Shown one piece after another: positions 29,845 to 39,883 of a DNA stretch of 64,000 nucleotides; position 1 is the first letter of the stretch, and each line of letters begins with the position of its first letter. The notes below the pieces were generated by a model that was not told where the DNA came from, did no database searches, and was given only the letters and a program-made list of their open reading frames with translations. This DNA comes from an uncultured Chloroflexia bacterium. Its GTDB lineage: Bacteria; Chloroflexota; Dehalococcoidia; DSTF01; JALHUB01. The stretch spans positions 981,789 to 1,045,788 of the forward strand of contig OY970386.1 in the NCBI GenBank assembly GCA_963719465.1. The letters run 5' to 3'. A program made the translations under genes and the position numbers.

Positions 29845-30969
29845 ATGCGCGCACGCGGCATGAAACAGAAATCGGATGCCACCGACTACATGGCGCGCGC
29901 GCTGGAGCTCGCCCGGCAGGCGCTCGGCACGACGAGCCCGAACCCGGCCGTCGGCGCGGTTCTGGTGAAGGACGGCTGCATCGTCGGCAAGGGCCGCACG
30001 CAGCCGCCGGGAGGCCCGCACGCGGAGGTTGTCGCAATCAAGCAGGCGGGGCCGGATGCTCGCGACGCGACGCTGTATGTGACGCTGGAGCCCTGCGCTC
30101 ACTACGGTCGCACGCCGCCGTGTACGAAAGCGATCATCGAGGCCGGCGTCCGCGAGGTCCACTATTCGTTCGACGACCCTGACCCCAACGGCCGGGGTGC
30201 CGGAGCGCGCGAGCTGCGCGAGGCGGGCATCGAAGTAGTCGCCGGCGAGGGCGAGCAGGAGGCGCGGCGCATCAACGAAGCGTACGTCAAGCAGCGCCTG
30301 ACCGGCCTTCCCTTTGTCATCGCAAAGTGGGCGATGAGCCTGGACGGCAAGATCGCGGCGACGAGCGGCGATTCGCGCTGGGTAAGCGGGCCGGAGACTC
30401 GCGAATGGAGCCACGAGCTGCGGACGAAGATAGACGCGATCATGGTCGGCGTCCGAACGGTGCTCGTTGACGACCCGCAGCTGACGGCGCGACCGGGCGA
30501 CATTGTTGCCGAACGCCAGCCGCTTCGCATCGTCGCCGATAGCCGCGGTCGCACGCCGGTGACGGCCCGCGTCCTCGACGGCCCGGGAAGAGCGCTGGTG
30601 GCCACAACTTCGGCTTCGCGGGCAGCCTGGCGGCGACAGATGGCGGAGGCGGGCACCGAGGTTCTGCTGCTGCCGGACCGCGACGGGCGCGTCGACCTGG
30701 CGGAGCTTCTGCGCGCCCTCGGCGAGCGGCAGGTGCTGAGCCTGCTGGTCGAAGGCGGCGGCGAGCTGCTGGGCGCTTTCTTCGACGGCGGACTGGTCGA
30801 CAAGGTGCAGGCGGTGGTCGCGCCGCTGGTCATCGGCGGCGACGAGGCGCCGGCGGCGGTCGCAGGACGGGGCGTCGAACGCATGGCGGACGCGCTGCGG
30901 CTGCGCAACGTGAGCGTGGAGCGCCTCGGGGAGGATGTGCTCGTCGTCGGCTACCCATCGACGAAGTAG
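29845..30969 (+). CDS. ribD: bifunctional diaminohydroxyphosphoribosylaminopyrimidine deaminase / 5-amino-6-(5-phosphoribosylamino)uracil reductase
   Basis: CMP/dCMP deaminase zinc motif HAEVVAI...PCAHYGRTPPC, plus a C-terminal RibD reductase domain. Confidence 0.9.
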   Translation: MRARGMKQKSDATDYMARALELARQALGTTSPNPAVGAVLVKDGCIVGKGRTQPPGGPHAEVVAIKQAGPDARDATLYVTLEPCAHYGRTPPCTKAIIEAGVREVHYSFDDPDPNGRGAGARELREAGIEVVAGEGEQEARRINEAYVKQRLTGLPFVIAKWAMSLDGKIAATSGDSRWVSGPETREWSHELRTKIDAIMVGVRTVLVDDPQLTARPGDIVAERQPLRIVADSRGRTPVTARVLDGPGRALVATTSASRAAWRRQMAEAGTEVLLLPDRDGRVDLAELLRALGERQVLSLLVEGGGELLGAFFDGGLVDKVQAVVAPLVIGGDEAPAAVAGRGVERMADALRLRNVSVERLGEDVLVVGYPSTK

Positions 30970-30975
30970 GGAAGT

Positions 30976-31065
30976 CCTCGAGGGGACGCTCCCTTCTGGC
31001 GGGGTTCGAGGGGTGTCCCACCCCAAATTCCGGGAAGGCCCTTGTGGGCGGGCGGGTGGGAAGAT
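30976..31065 (+). repeat. dispersed GC-rich hairpin repeat, copy 1 of 3
   Basis: About 75% identical to 53123..53212 and to the reverse complement of 42064..42140. Shared blocks CCTCGNGGGGA, GGGGTGTCCC, GGGCGGGCGGGTGGGAAGAT. Lies immediately 3' of the ribD stop. Confidence 0.7.
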
Positions 31066-31131
31066 AGACGTCGCATGGCGAAGGCGGCAGCGGGGGCGGG
31101 GCAAGCGCAGCGACGTAGAGAGAGGCTAGCT

Positions 31132-31719
31132 ATGTTCACAGGCATCATTGAAGAGGTAGGCGTCGTCAGAAAGGGCGGCGGCGGAACGCTCATCATCGAG
31201 GCGAAGCGCACCCTCTGGGGCACGAACCTGGGCGACAGCATCGCCATCAACGGCATCGACCTGACCGTCGCCCACATGGACGAGGAGTGCTTCACCTTCC
31301 ACGTCATGCCGGAAACCTATCGTCGCAGCAACCTCGGCGCGCTTTCGAAGGGCGACGCCGTGAACCTGGAGCGCTCTCTAACGCTGGCCAGCCGGCTCAG
31401 CGGGCACCTGGTGCGCGGCGTCGTCGAAGGCACCGGGCAACTGCTGTCGCTGACGCCGGAAGCGGACGCTATCCTGGCCCGCTACGCCGCGCCGCCGGAG
31501 CTGATGCGCTACGTCGTCGTCAAAGGCCCGATTGCGGTCGACGGCGTCAGCCTGACGGTGGTGGAGCGCGACGACGCGTCTTTCGTCGTCTCGCTGGTGG
31601 CCTACACGCAGGCGAACACGAACCTCACTCGCCGAAAAGTCGGCGATGCGGTAAACTTGGAGACGGACATTATCGCCCGCTACGTCGAGCAGCTGCTGGC
31701 GGAGCGGGGTCAACCATAG
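31132..31719 (+). CDS. ribE: riboflavin synthase alpha subunit
   Basis: MFTGIIEEVG N-terminus and two lumazine-binding repeats. Confidence 0.9.
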   Translation: MFTGIIEEVGVVRKGGGGTLIIEAKRTLWGTNLGDSIAINGIDLTVAHMDEECFTFHVMPETYRRSNLGALSKGDAVNLERSLTLASRLSGHLVRGVVEGTGQLLSLTPEADAILARYAAPPELMRYVVVKGPIAVDGVSLTVVERDDASFVVSLVAYTQANTNLTRRKVGDAVNLETDIIARYVEQLLAERGQP

Positions 31720-31730
31720 CGGAGGCAGAA

Positions 31731-32978
31731 GTGGCCCGAAAAGCCCATAACGATCTTCCCTCAGTCGAGGAAGCGATTGAAGAGTACCAGCACGGGCGGT
31801 TCGTCATCATCGTCGACGATCAGGACCGCGAGAACGAGGGTGACCTGACGCTGCCGGCCCAGTTCGTCGACGCCGACGCGATCAACTTCATGGCCCGCTA
31901 TGCCCGCGGCCTCATTTGCGTCGCCATGAGCGCGGAGCGGCTGGATGAACTGCGCATCCCGCTGATGGTCGGCAAGAACGATTCCCACTTCGGCACCGGC
32001 TTCACCGTATCGGTCGAAGCAAAGCGAGGAGTCACGACCGGCATCTCGGCAGCCGACCGCGCGCGCACCGTGCAGGTGCTCGTGGACCCGAATTCCTCAC
32101 CTGAAGACCTCGCCATGCCCGGTCACACGTTCCCACTGCGGGCGCGCGAGGGCGGCGTTCTCGTCCGCGCGGGCCAGACAGAGGCGACGGTCGACCTGTG
32201 CCGCCTGGCGGGACTGGGCACGGCGGGCGTCTGCTGCGAGATCATGCGCGCCGACGGCACGATGGCCCGGCTCCCTGACCTGAAGCGTTTCGCTTCCCGT
32301 CACGGGCTCAAGATCATCAGCGTCAACGACCTCATAACCTACCGGCTGCGCAAGGACCGGCTCATCGAGCGGGTGACCGAGACGTTGCTCCCGACGGCTT
32401 ACGGCCACTTCCGCGCCATCGCCTACAAGAGCATCATCGACCCCGACGAGCACCTGGCGCTGGTCCTCGGCGACGTCACGACGCCGGAGCCGGTGCTGGT
32501 GCGCGTCCACAGCCAGTGCGTGACCGGCGACGTGTTCGGCAGCCTGCGCTGCGACTGCGGCGAGCAGGTTGCCCTGGCGATGAAGCGCATCGGCGAAGAG
32601 GGACGCGGCGTGCTGCTCTACATGCGACAGGAGGGCCGCGGCATTGGGCTGCACAACAAGCTGCGGGCCTACGCGCTGCAGGACGAAGGGCTGGACACCG
32701 TCGAGGCGAATCATGCGCTCGGTTTTCCGGCCGACCGTCGCGACTACGGCATCGGCATGCAGGTCCTCGTCGACCTGGGCGTCCACGAGATGCGGCTTCT
32801 TACCAATAACCCGGCCAAGCGCGCCGGGCTGGAGGGCTACGGCCTGAAAGTCGTGGAGCGCGTGCCTATCATCGTCGAGCCCAACACGTTCAACATGCGC
32901 TATTTGGAAACAAAGCGCACCAAACTCGGTCACCTCCTCGACGCACAGGGTATAATCGAAGGTGACGGCCAGTACTAG
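31731..32978 (+). CDS. ribBA: bifunctional 3,4-dihydroxy-2-butanone-4-phosphate synthase / GTP cyclohydrolase II
   Basis: GTG start after GGAGG. DHBP synthase motifs (RENEGDL, GLICVAM). GCH-II zinc motif CDCGEQ and RQEGRGIGL. Confidence 0.9.
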   Translation: MARKAHNDLPSVEEAIEEYQHGRFVIIVDDQDRENEGDLTLPAQFVDADAINFMARYARGLICVAMSAERLDELRIPLMVGKNDSHFGTGFTVSVEAKRGVTTGISAADRARTVQVLVDPNSSPEDLAMPGHTFPLRAREGGVLVRAGQTEATVDLCRLAGLGTAGVCCEIMRADGTMARLPDLKRFASRHGLKIISVNDLITYRLRKDRLIERVTETLLPTAYGHFRAIAYKSIIDPDEHLALVLGDVTTPEPVLVRVHSQCVTGDVFGSLRCDCGEQVALAMKRIGEEGRGVLLYMRQEGRGIGLHNKLRAYALQDEGLDTVEANHALGFPADRRDYGIGMQVLVDLGVHEMRLLTNNPAKRAGLEGYGLKVVERVPIIVEPNTFNMRYLETKRTKLGHLLDAQGIIEGDGQY

Positions 32979-32988
32979 GCGGTGACGA

Positions 32989-33483
32989 TTGTCGCGAGTC
33001 CTGGAGGGAGAGCCGGGAGGAAGCGGCCTATCCCTGGCCATCGTCGTCTCCCGGTTCAACCAGGCCCTGACCGAGAAGCTGCTTGCCGGCGCCAGAGAGG
33101 CGCTGGCGACGTGCGAAGTCGACGACAAGCGGGTCAACGTCGCCTGGGTGCCGGGTTCGTTTGAACTGCCGCTGGCCGCGAAGCGCCTGGCCGAGACGGG
33201 TCGATACCAGGCAATCGTCTGTCTGGGATGCGTCCTCCGCGGTGAGACGTCCCATTTCGATTACGTGGCGGGACAGGCGGCGGAAGGCATCGAGCGGGTG
33301 GCGCTGGACACGGGCGTGCCGGTGGCCTTCGGCGTGATCACCGCCGAAACGCTTCAGCAGGCGGTTGAAAGGGCTGGTGGCGCGCACGGCAACAAGGGCT
33401 ATGACGCCGTTCTGACAGCCGTACGCATGGCAAACCTGCTGAAGAAGATCGACGCAGTGGGGGAGAAGGAGCAGGGAAAGTGA
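32989..33483 (+). CDS. ribH: 6,7-dimethyl-8-ribityllumazine synthase
   Basis: 164 aa with TTG start. Family motifs IVVSRFN and GVITAET. Confidence 0.9.
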   Translation: MSRVLEGEPGGSGLSLAIVVSRFNQALTEKLLAGAREALATCEVDDKRVNVAWVPGSFELPLAAKRLAETGRYQAIVCLGCVLRGETSHFDYVAGQAAEGIERVALDTGVPVAFGVITAETLQQAVERAGGAHGNKGYDAVLTAVRMANLLKKIDAVGEKEQGK

Positions 33484-33812
33484 CTGAGATAGACCAGGTG
33501 AGGGAGCTGACACCCGACAACGACATCTGGGAGCAGCCGGTCATCGGCGAGCAGCCGGACGGTCTGACCAACGACGCGCTGGGGCTGGCGCACAAGGCGC
33601 TCGACAAGTTCCCGGAGCTACGAAAGCGCTACATCCGCGTGGCCGGGCCGGCGGCCATCATCTCCACCGGCGCCGTCTTGCTGGCCGGCATGGCCATCGC
33701 TCGCCGGCAGCGTCGCGGTGAATCGCCGGACGAGATCCTGGAAGGGCTGACGCCCGAGGAGATCGAGAACGCCGTCCGCCTGGACGGGACCGAGGGCGAA
33801 GAAGAGGAATAG
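33480..33812 (+). CDS. hypothetical membrane-anchored protein
   Basis: 110 aa. GTG overlaps the ribH stop (GTGA). One TM helix and an acidic tail. No recognised domain. Confidence 0.4.
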   Translation: MTEIDQVRELTPDNDIWEQPVIGEQPDGLTNDALGLAHKALDKFPELRKRYIRVAGPAAIISTGAVLLAGMAIARRQRRGESPDEILEGLTPEEIENAVRLDGTEGEEEE

Positions 33813-33824
33813 CTCCGCTCCGGC

Positions 33825-34076
33825 CTAGGTCACCCTGTAGACGTGGTCGCCGTGGCGCACACGGTCCTTCACCTTGATTCCAACGGCCTGGCCGGCTTTC
33901 GCCTCTTCGACCCCCACGCCGTCGATCTGCATCGAGTCCACCGTCTGCTCCAGGTCTGTTGTGTGCCCCTTGATGTGAATCGTGTCGCCCGCGCGCAGCG
34001 TTTCGCTGAGCTCGATCCCGGCGACGTTGATCCGCGCGAAGAATTCGTTGATGACGCCTATTTGCTGCTCAGCCAT
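33825..34076 (-). CDS. small beta-barrel protein resembling EF-Tu domain 2 (translation elongation factor-like)
   Basis: 83 aa from the ATG after GGAAGGAG. Segment DTIHIKGHTTDLEQTVDSMQIDGVGVEEAKAGQAVGIKV resembles an EF-Tu domain 2 barrel. Confidence 0.45.
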   Translation of the reverse strand: MAEQQIGVINEFFARINVAGIELSETLRAGDTIHIKGHTTDLEQTVDSMQIDGVGVEEAKAGQAVGIKVKDRVRHGDHVYRVT

Positions 34077-34262
34077 GATGCGCTCCTTCCGCTTGGCTGC
34101 CTTGTCGTCCCTGTCAAGCGCTAGCATAGCGGCCGACGACGCGGCTTTCAACGGCAGGCCTCCCGCCGGCCTCTTAGCCAATCAGTATACTTCCTGTCTG
34201 CGGCCATGTCATAATAATGATAGCGAATTCAAGTTCAGAGCTACTCTTGAGAGGATATCTGG

Positions 34263-35477
34263 ATGTTGGGGGTCACAAGGCTCTTGTGCGGCACCGTCAC
34301 GCCCGGCGACGCTTTGCGCTTCGGGCGGCTTTCCGGCGAGCTGCCGCCGCACCTGCTGCACTACTCAGAGGACAAGAAGCCGGTCATCGCCTGGAACGTG
34401 ACGCGGCGCTGCAACCTGCATTGCGCCCACTGCTACACCGACTCCTTCGACCGCGCCTATGAGGGCGAGCTGACGACGGAGGAGGCGAAGGCCGTAGTCG
34501 ACGACCTCGCGGCGTTCGGCGTGCCGGTCATCCTCTTCAGCGGCGGCGAGCCGCTGCTGCGACCCGACCTGCCGGAGCTCATCGAGCGGGCGCAGAGGCA
34601 TGGAATCCGCAGCGTCCTTTCGACCAACGGCACGCAGATCAGCCGCGACATCGCGCAGCAAATGAAACGCCTCGGCCTATCCTACGTCGGCGTCAGCATC
34701 GACGGACCGGCGCCCGTCCATGACCGTTTTCGCGGCATGGTGGGCGCTTTCCAGGAAGCGATGCAGGGCATCCGCAACTGCAAGCAGGCCGGCCTCCGAG
34801 TGGGCCTGCGCGTGACTTTGACGCAGTTCAGCTTCGCCCACTTGAAGGAGATCTTCGACATCGTCGACAGCGAGGATATTCCCCGCCTCTGCTTCTATCA
34901 CCTCGCTTACGCCGGCCGCGGCGACCGCATCATCAAGTTCGACCTGTCGCACGCGGAGACCCGCGCCGCCGTCGACCTTATCTTCGCGCGAACGCTGGAC
35001 TTCGCCCGCCGCGGCAACACGAAGGACGTCCTGACGGTGGACAACCACACCGACGCCGTCTACCTCTATCAGACGGTGCGTGAGATGGAGCCCCAGCGCG
35101 CCGACGAGGTGCTGCAGATGCTGCGCTGGCAGGGAGGCAACCAGTCGGGGATCGCCGTGGGCAACATCGACCCGCTGGGAAACGTTCACGCCGACCAGTT
35201 CAGCGGCAGTCACAGCTTCGGCAACGTGAGGGAGCGTCCTTTCAGCCAGATCTGGACGGACGAGAGCGACCCCGTTCTCGCCGCGCTCAGACACCGTCGC
35301 GGGCACGTGAAGGGGCGTTGCGCCCGCTGCGGCTATTTCGACATCTGCAACGGCAACCTGCGCGCCCGCGCGGAGTCCTACTTCGGCGACTTCTGGATGG
35401 AAGACCCGGCGTGCTATATGACCGACGCCGAGCTCAACATGGCGCCCGAAGAGGCGACCGCGCAGGCTGGACAATAG
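34263..35477 (+). CDS. radical SAM/SPASM protein of the NirJ/AhbC/AhbD family (tetrapyrrole modification)
   Basis: CNLHCAHCY radical SAM motif after a LLCG...DALRFGR...LPxHLL N-terminus, which I recall as typical of NirJ-family heme enzymes. C-terminal SPASM Cys cluster (CARCGYFDICNGNLR). Adjacent to sirC/hemA. Confidence 0.65.
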   Translation: MLGVTRLLCGTVTPGDALRFGRLSGELPPHLLHYSEDKKPVIAWNVTRRCNLHCAHCYTDSFDRAYEGELTTEEAKAVVDDLAAFGVPVILFSGGEPLLRPDLPELIERAQRHGIRSVLSTNGTQISRDIAQQMKRLGLSYVGVSIDGPAPVHDRFRGMVGAFQEAMQGIRNCKQAGLRVGLRVTLTQFSFAHLKEIFDIVDSEDIPRLCFYHLAYAGRGDRIIKFDLSHAETRAAVDLIFARTLDFARRGNTKDVLTVDNHTDAVYLYQTVREMEPQRADEVLQMLRWQGGNQSGIAVGNIDPLGNVHADQFSGSHSFGNVRERPFSQIWTDESDPVLAALRHRRGHVKGRCARCGYFDICNGNLRARAESYFGDFWMEDPACYMTDAELNMAPEEATAQAGQ

Positions 35478-35481
35478 CGCG

Positions 35482-36123
35482 ATGGCCTACTACCCACTTT
35501 TCCTGGACATGAAGGGGCGCCGCTGCCTGGTTGTCGGCGGCGGACAGGTGGCGGCGCGAAAGGTCGAAGGACTGCTGGCCGCCGGCGCTTCCGTGGCCGT
35601 TGTCAGCGTGTCGCTCGATCCGGAGATCGACAGGCTGAAAGCGGAAAGGCGCATCCAGCACGTCGCCAGGCAGTACCAGAGCGGCGACCTGAAGGGATAC
35701 ACCGTGGTCATCGCGGCGACGGACGACGAGGCGACAAACGAGCGCGTGGCGATGGATGCGCGGCGGAGCGACGTTCTCGTGAACGTCGTCGACCAGCCGG
35801 CGCTCTGCGATTTCATCGTGCCGTCGGTGATTCGCCGCGGCAACGTCGTTCTCGCCATATCGACTGGCGGTCTCAGCCCGGCGCTGGCCCGCTGGCTTCG
35901 CGAGCATCTTGAGACGTTCGTCACGGAGGACTTCGAGCGGCTGGCGCAGCTTCTGGCCGACGTGCGGGTCGAGCTGCGGGAGCGGGGCGTATCGGTTGCG
36001 GCCGACGCCTGGCAGCGCGCCATCGACAAGCGCCTGCTGGAGCTCATCGCGGCTGGACGCTTCGACGAGGCGCGGGCGAAGCTGCTGGCTTCGCTGGGCG
36101 CCGGCGCGCAAATGAAAGCTTGA
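35482..36123 (+). CDS. sirC: precorrin-2 dehydrogenase / sirohydrochlorin ferrochelatase (siroheme synthase N-terminal domain type)
   Basis: Rossmann motif VVGGGQVAARK. Similar to the CysG N-terminal / Met8 domain. Confidence 0.8.
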   Translation: MAYYPLFLDMKGRRCLVVGGGQVAARKVEGLLAAGASVAVVSVSLDPEIDRLKAERRIQHVARQYQSGDLKGYTVVIAATDDEATNERVAMDARRSDVLVNVVDQPALCDFIVPSVIRRGNVVLAISTGGLSPALARWLREHLETFVTEDFERLAQLLADVRVELRERGVSVAADAWQRAIDKRLLELIAAGRFDEARAKLLASLGAGAQMKA

Positions 36124-36148
36124 ATCGAGAATCGGGGGCCCGTCCGCC

Positions 36149-37426
36149 TTGCTGTATTTAGGAACGATCGACCAGAAGACCGCGCCTGTCGCGGTGCGGG
36201 AGCGTTTCGCGTTCTGCGCCGAGGAAGTGGAGCGCGCGCTCGCCCGTCTACGAAGCGAGCTGGGCAGCGGCGTCATCCTTTCGACCTGCAATCGCACCGA
36301 ACTCTACATCGACGCTCCTGCTGGCCGCGACATGCCGGAGCAAATGCTTTCGTTCTTGGCGGACGCGAAGGGGCTCGCCGAGGGGCTGTTCGACGACCGC
36401 TTCCATTTCTATCAGGATGCCGACGCGGTCCGCCACCTGTTTCGCGTGACGGCCGGCATCGAATCGCAGGTGCTGGGCGAGGCGGAGATACTGGGACAGG
36501 TGCGCTCGGCGTTTACCGCTGCCACCGACGCTAACTCGACGACGCCCTACCTGGCGCGGCTCTTCCACTCGGCCATTCGCGTCGGCCGCCGCGCCCGCAG
36601 CGAGACGGAGATCGGCCGCCACGGCCTGTCGGTGAGCGCCGCAGCCGTCGCTCTGGCGCGCAAGACGCTGGGCAACCTTTCGGAGCGGTGCGCCCTTGTG
36701 ATCAGCGCCGGCGAGGCGGGGAAGCTGACCGCGCACGCTCTCCAGGACTGCGGCGTCGGGCGAACGCTGGTGGTGAGCCGCCGCTTCGAGCGCGCCGAGC
36801 AACTGGCGACGGAGCTTTCCGGCGAGGCGCTGCCGCTCGACCGCCTGAGCGAGGCGCTGGCGACGTCGGACATCGTCATCACCTCTTCCGGTTCGCCTTC
36901 GTTCATTATCGACTGCAATCTGCTGGAACAGGTCATGCCGCAGCGGAACGGCTCGCCGCTGCTGCTCATCGACATCGCGGTGCCGCGGGACGTGGAGCCG
37001 GCAGTGCGCGATTTCGGCGGTGTGTACCTGTACGACATCGACGACCTGCAGTCGGTAGCCGAAGCGAATCGCCGGGCGCGGCAGAAGGAGTCGCCTGCGG
37101 TGGAAGCGATCGTCGAAGAGGAGGCGCAGCGCTTCCTCGATTGGTCGCGCTCGCTGGCGGTGGTGCCGACGATAAGAGCGATCCGCCGCTACGCGGAGCG
37201 AATTCGCCAGGACGAACTGGCAAAGACGCTGGCGCGCCTGCCCGACCTCTCGGACGAAGAGAAGCAGCGCATCGACAGCCTCTCGGAGGCGATCGTGAAG
37301 AAGCTGCTCCATCGCCCCATTTCCCGCTTGAAGGCGAAAGCCGGCGGCACGGCCGTCCTTGAATCGGCGCGCCAGCTTTTCGGAACCGACGAAGCGCCGG
37401 GCCGGCGGGACAGGCCGGACTCCTGA
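36149..37426 (+). CDS. hemA: glutamyl-tRNA reductase
   Basis: Family motifs ILSTCNRTELY and the NADP-binding and dimerisation domains. Confidence 0.9.
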   Translation: MLYLGTIDQKTAPVAVRERFAFCAEEVERALARLRSELGSGVILSTCNRTELYIDAPAGRDMPEQMLSFLADAKGLAEGLFDDRFHFYQDADAVRHLFRVTAGIESQVLGEAEILGQVRSAFTAATDANSTTPYLARLFHSAIRVGRRARSETEIGRHGLSVSAAAVALARKTLGNLSERCALVISAGEAGKLTAHALQDCGVGRTLVVSRRFERAEQLATELSGEALPLDRLSEALATSDIVITSSGSPSFIIDCNLLEQVMPQRNGSPLLLIDIAVPRDVEPAVRDFGGVYLYDIDDLQSVAEANRRARQKESPAVEAIVEEEAQRFLDWSRSLAVVPTIRAIRRYAERIRQDELAKTLARLPDLSDEEKQRIDSLSEAIVKKLLHRPISRLKAKAGGTAVLESARQLFGTDEAPGRRDRPDS

Positions 37427-37430
37427 CACG

Positions 37431-38351
37431 ATGACGGGCAGGACGCTGATCGTAGGGACGCGAGGCAGCCGGCTGGCCCGCCGCCAAACGGAAATCGTGA
37501 TCGAGGCGCTCCGGCAACGCCATCCGGACCGCAACTTCGAGATTCGCACCGTCACAACCACCGGCGACCGGCGTCCGCAGCCGCTCGCCGAGATCGCCGG
37601 CGAGGGCGTGTTCACGAAAGAACTCGAAGAGGCGCTCCTTCGTGATGAGATTGACATGGCGGTCCACAGCCTCAAAGACCTGCCGACGCAGCTTCACCCA
37701 CAGCTCGCGCTGGCGGCCGTGACGGCCCGCGAAGACGTGCGCGACGCGCTGGTCTCGGCCGGCGGCCAAACGCTGGCCCGGCTTCCGGCGGGAGCGCGCA
37801 TCGGCACGGGCAGCGTCCGGCGGGCCGCGCAGATGCGCCTCTTGCGACCCGGTATCGAAGCGGTGCCGATCCGCGGCAACGTCGATACGCGCCTCGCCAA
37901 GGTGGGCGGCGATGAGATAGACGCCGTGATCGTGGCGGCGGCGGCGCTGGCAAGGCTGGGTCGCCTCGACGCCGCGGCCGAGCTGCTACCGCTGGAGGCG
38001 ATGCTGCCGGCGCCCGGCCAGGGAGCGCTGGCGGTCGAGACGCGGGCTGACGATACCGAGGCGCGCGAGGTCGCGTCCGCCGTCGATGATGACGATACGC
38101 ATCGGGCGACGACAGCGGAGCGGGCGTTTCTGCGACGGCTCGGCGGCGGCTGTCGCGTGCCGGTCGCGGCGTACGCGACGGTCGAAACCGGCGGACTGCG
38201 CCTTCGAGGGCTGGTCGTGGAGCCGGACGGCACGCGCGCCTACCGCGGCCAGATTGACGGCCCCGCGGCGGAAGCGGAAGCTCTGGGAGAACGCCTGGCC
38301 GAAAGGCTGCTCTCTGAAGGCGCTTCAAGAACGCTCGAAGGGATCAGATGA
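37431..38351 (+). CDS. hemC: hydroxymethylbilane synthase (porphobilinogen deaminase)
   Basis: Family motifs LIVGTRGSRLA...TTGD and the dipyrromethane cofactor Cys (GGGCRVP). Confidence 0.9.
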   Translation: MTGRTLIVGTRGSRLARRQTEIVIEALRQRHPDRNFEIRTVTTTGDRRPQPLAEIAGEGVFTKELEEALLRDEIDMAVHSLKDLPTQLHPQLALAAVTAREDVRDALVSAGGQTLARLPAGARIGTGSVRRAAQMRLLRPGIEAVPIRGNVDTRLAKVGGDEIDAVIVAAAALARLGRLDAAAELLPLEAMLPAPGQGALAVETRADDTEAREVASAVDDDDTHRATTAERAFLRRLGGGCRVPVAAYATVETGGLRLRGLVVEPDGTRAYRGQIDGPAAEAEALGERLAERLLSEGASRTLEGIR

Positions 38352-39883
38352 AGAACGCGAGCGGCAAGGTCTGGCTCGTCGGCGCGGGACCCGGCGACCC
38401 CGGGCTGATCACGGTCAAGGGCGTCAACGTCCTGGCCCGCGCGGAGGTGGTCGTCTATGACCGGCTGGTCGTCCGCAGCCTCGTCGAGCTGGCGCCGGCG
38501 AAGGCGGAGCGCATCTTCGTCGGCAAGGACCCGACGAGGAAGGGCGGCTCAGGCTTCAGCCAGCAGGAGATAGACGATCTGCTCGTCGCCAGGGCGCGCG
38601 AGGGCAAACGGGTGGTCCGGCTCAAGGGAGGCGATCCGTTCGTCTTCGGACGGGGCGGCGAGGAGGCGGAAGCGCTCGCGGACGCCGGCATCCCCTTCGA
38701 GGTGGTCCCCGGCGTGTCGTCGGCCATCGCGGCGCTCGCCTACGCGGGCATTCCGGTGACGCATCGCGGGCTGTCGTCGTCGTTCACGGTGGTGACCGGC
38801 CACGAGGACCCCGATAAGCCCGAAAGCGCGGTCGACTGGAGGCGCGTAGCAAATAGCGCCGATACGCTGGTCATCTTGATGGGCGGCTCGAATATCGGCG
38901 AGATCATGAAGCTTATCTCCGAATGCGGCCGAGCGCCCGATGACCCCGCCGCCGTTGTACGATGGGGAACCACGCCAGATCAGGCAGTAATCGCGGTAAC
39001 CATTTCTGATTTGGCGAAGCGCGTCGCCGAGGCCGGGCTGGAGCCACCGCTCGTCACGGTCGTCGGGCCGGTCGTCGGCCTGCGCGACAAGCTGCGCTGG
39101 TTCGACAACCGTCCCCTCTTCGGCAAGCACGTTCTGGTGACCCGCGCCGCTGAACAGGCCGGCGTCCTCTCGCACGCCCTGGCCGAGGCGGGCGCGGAGC
39201 CAATAGAATTGCCGACGATCGAAATCGTACGGCGCATCGACCAGAAGGCCCTGCGCAGCTCGCTGCAACGCCTGGAAGCGGGCGAGTACGACTGGCTCGT
39301 CTTCAGTAGCGCCAACGGCGTCGACATCTTCTTCGACGAGCTGCGGCGCCGCAAGAAGGACGCCCGCGTGCTGGGTCGAGCCTCCGTCTGCGCCATCGGC
39401 CCGGCGACGGCGACTGCGCTTGCCGAGCGCGGCGTCCACGCCGACGTGGTGCCGGAGCGCTTCCTTGCGGAAGGCATCGTCGAAGCGCTGACGGAGCGCG
39501 GTATAATGGGGCAGCGCGTCCTCTGGCCCCGGGCCCGCGGCGCCCGTCGAGCGCTGGTCACCGGGCTGGAGCGCTTGGGCGCAATGGTCGACGAGCTGCC
39601 GCTGTACAGCGCCGCCGTGCCGAAGCAGGTCGACGCCGAGGCGATGGCGCGGCTGCGCGCCGGTGAAGTCGACATCGTGACGTTTGCCAGCTCTTCGGCG
39701 GTGCGCAACCTGCTTAAGATGCTCGACGGCGACAAGGCGCCGCTGGAGAAGCCGCTGATCGCCTGCATCGGGCCGGTGACGGCGACCGCAGCGCGTCGAG
39801 CGGGCCTGCGCGTCGGCGTCGAAGCGCCGGATCATACTATTGAAGGCTTGCTGGCCGCGCTGTCAGACCACTTCGAAAGATGA
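38348..39883 (+). CDS. cobA-hemD: uroporphyrinogen-III C-methyltransferase / uroporphyrinogen-III synthase fusion
   Basis: N-terminal SUMT domain ([15 protein letters not shown]) and a C-terminal HemD domain. Confidence 0.9.
   Translation: MKNASGKVWLVGAGPGDPGLITVKGVNVLARAEVVVYDRLVVRSLVELAPAKAERIFVGKDPTRKGGSGFSQQEIDDLLVARAREGKRVVRLKGGDPFVFGRGGEEAEALADAGIPFEVVPGVSSAIAALAYAGIPVTHRGLSSSFTVVTGHEDPDKPESAVDWRRVANSADTLVILMGGSNIGEIMKLISECGRAPDDPAAVVRWGTTPDQAVIAVTISDLAKRVAEAGLEPPLVTVVGPVVGLRDKLRWFDNRPLFGKHVLVTRAAEQAGVLSHALAEAGAEPIELPTIEIVRRIDQKALRSSLQRLEAGEYDWLVFSSANGVDIFFDELRRRKKDARVLGRASVCAIGPATATALAERGVHADVVPERFLAEGIVEALTERGIMGQRVLWPRARGARRALVTGLERLGAMVDELPLYSAAVPKQVDAEAMARLRAGEVDIVTFASSSAVRNLLKMLDGDKAPLEKPLIACIGPVTATAARRAGLRVGVEAPDHTIEGLLAALSDHFER

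Noticed and set aside
36248-37675. 475-aa antisense ORF across hemA-hemC, plus the other long minus-strand ORFs over the hem and etf regions (for example 59339..61711)
   Set aside because: These are GC-rich out-of-frame shadows of the conserved genes, with no domain signatures and Arg-rich composition.
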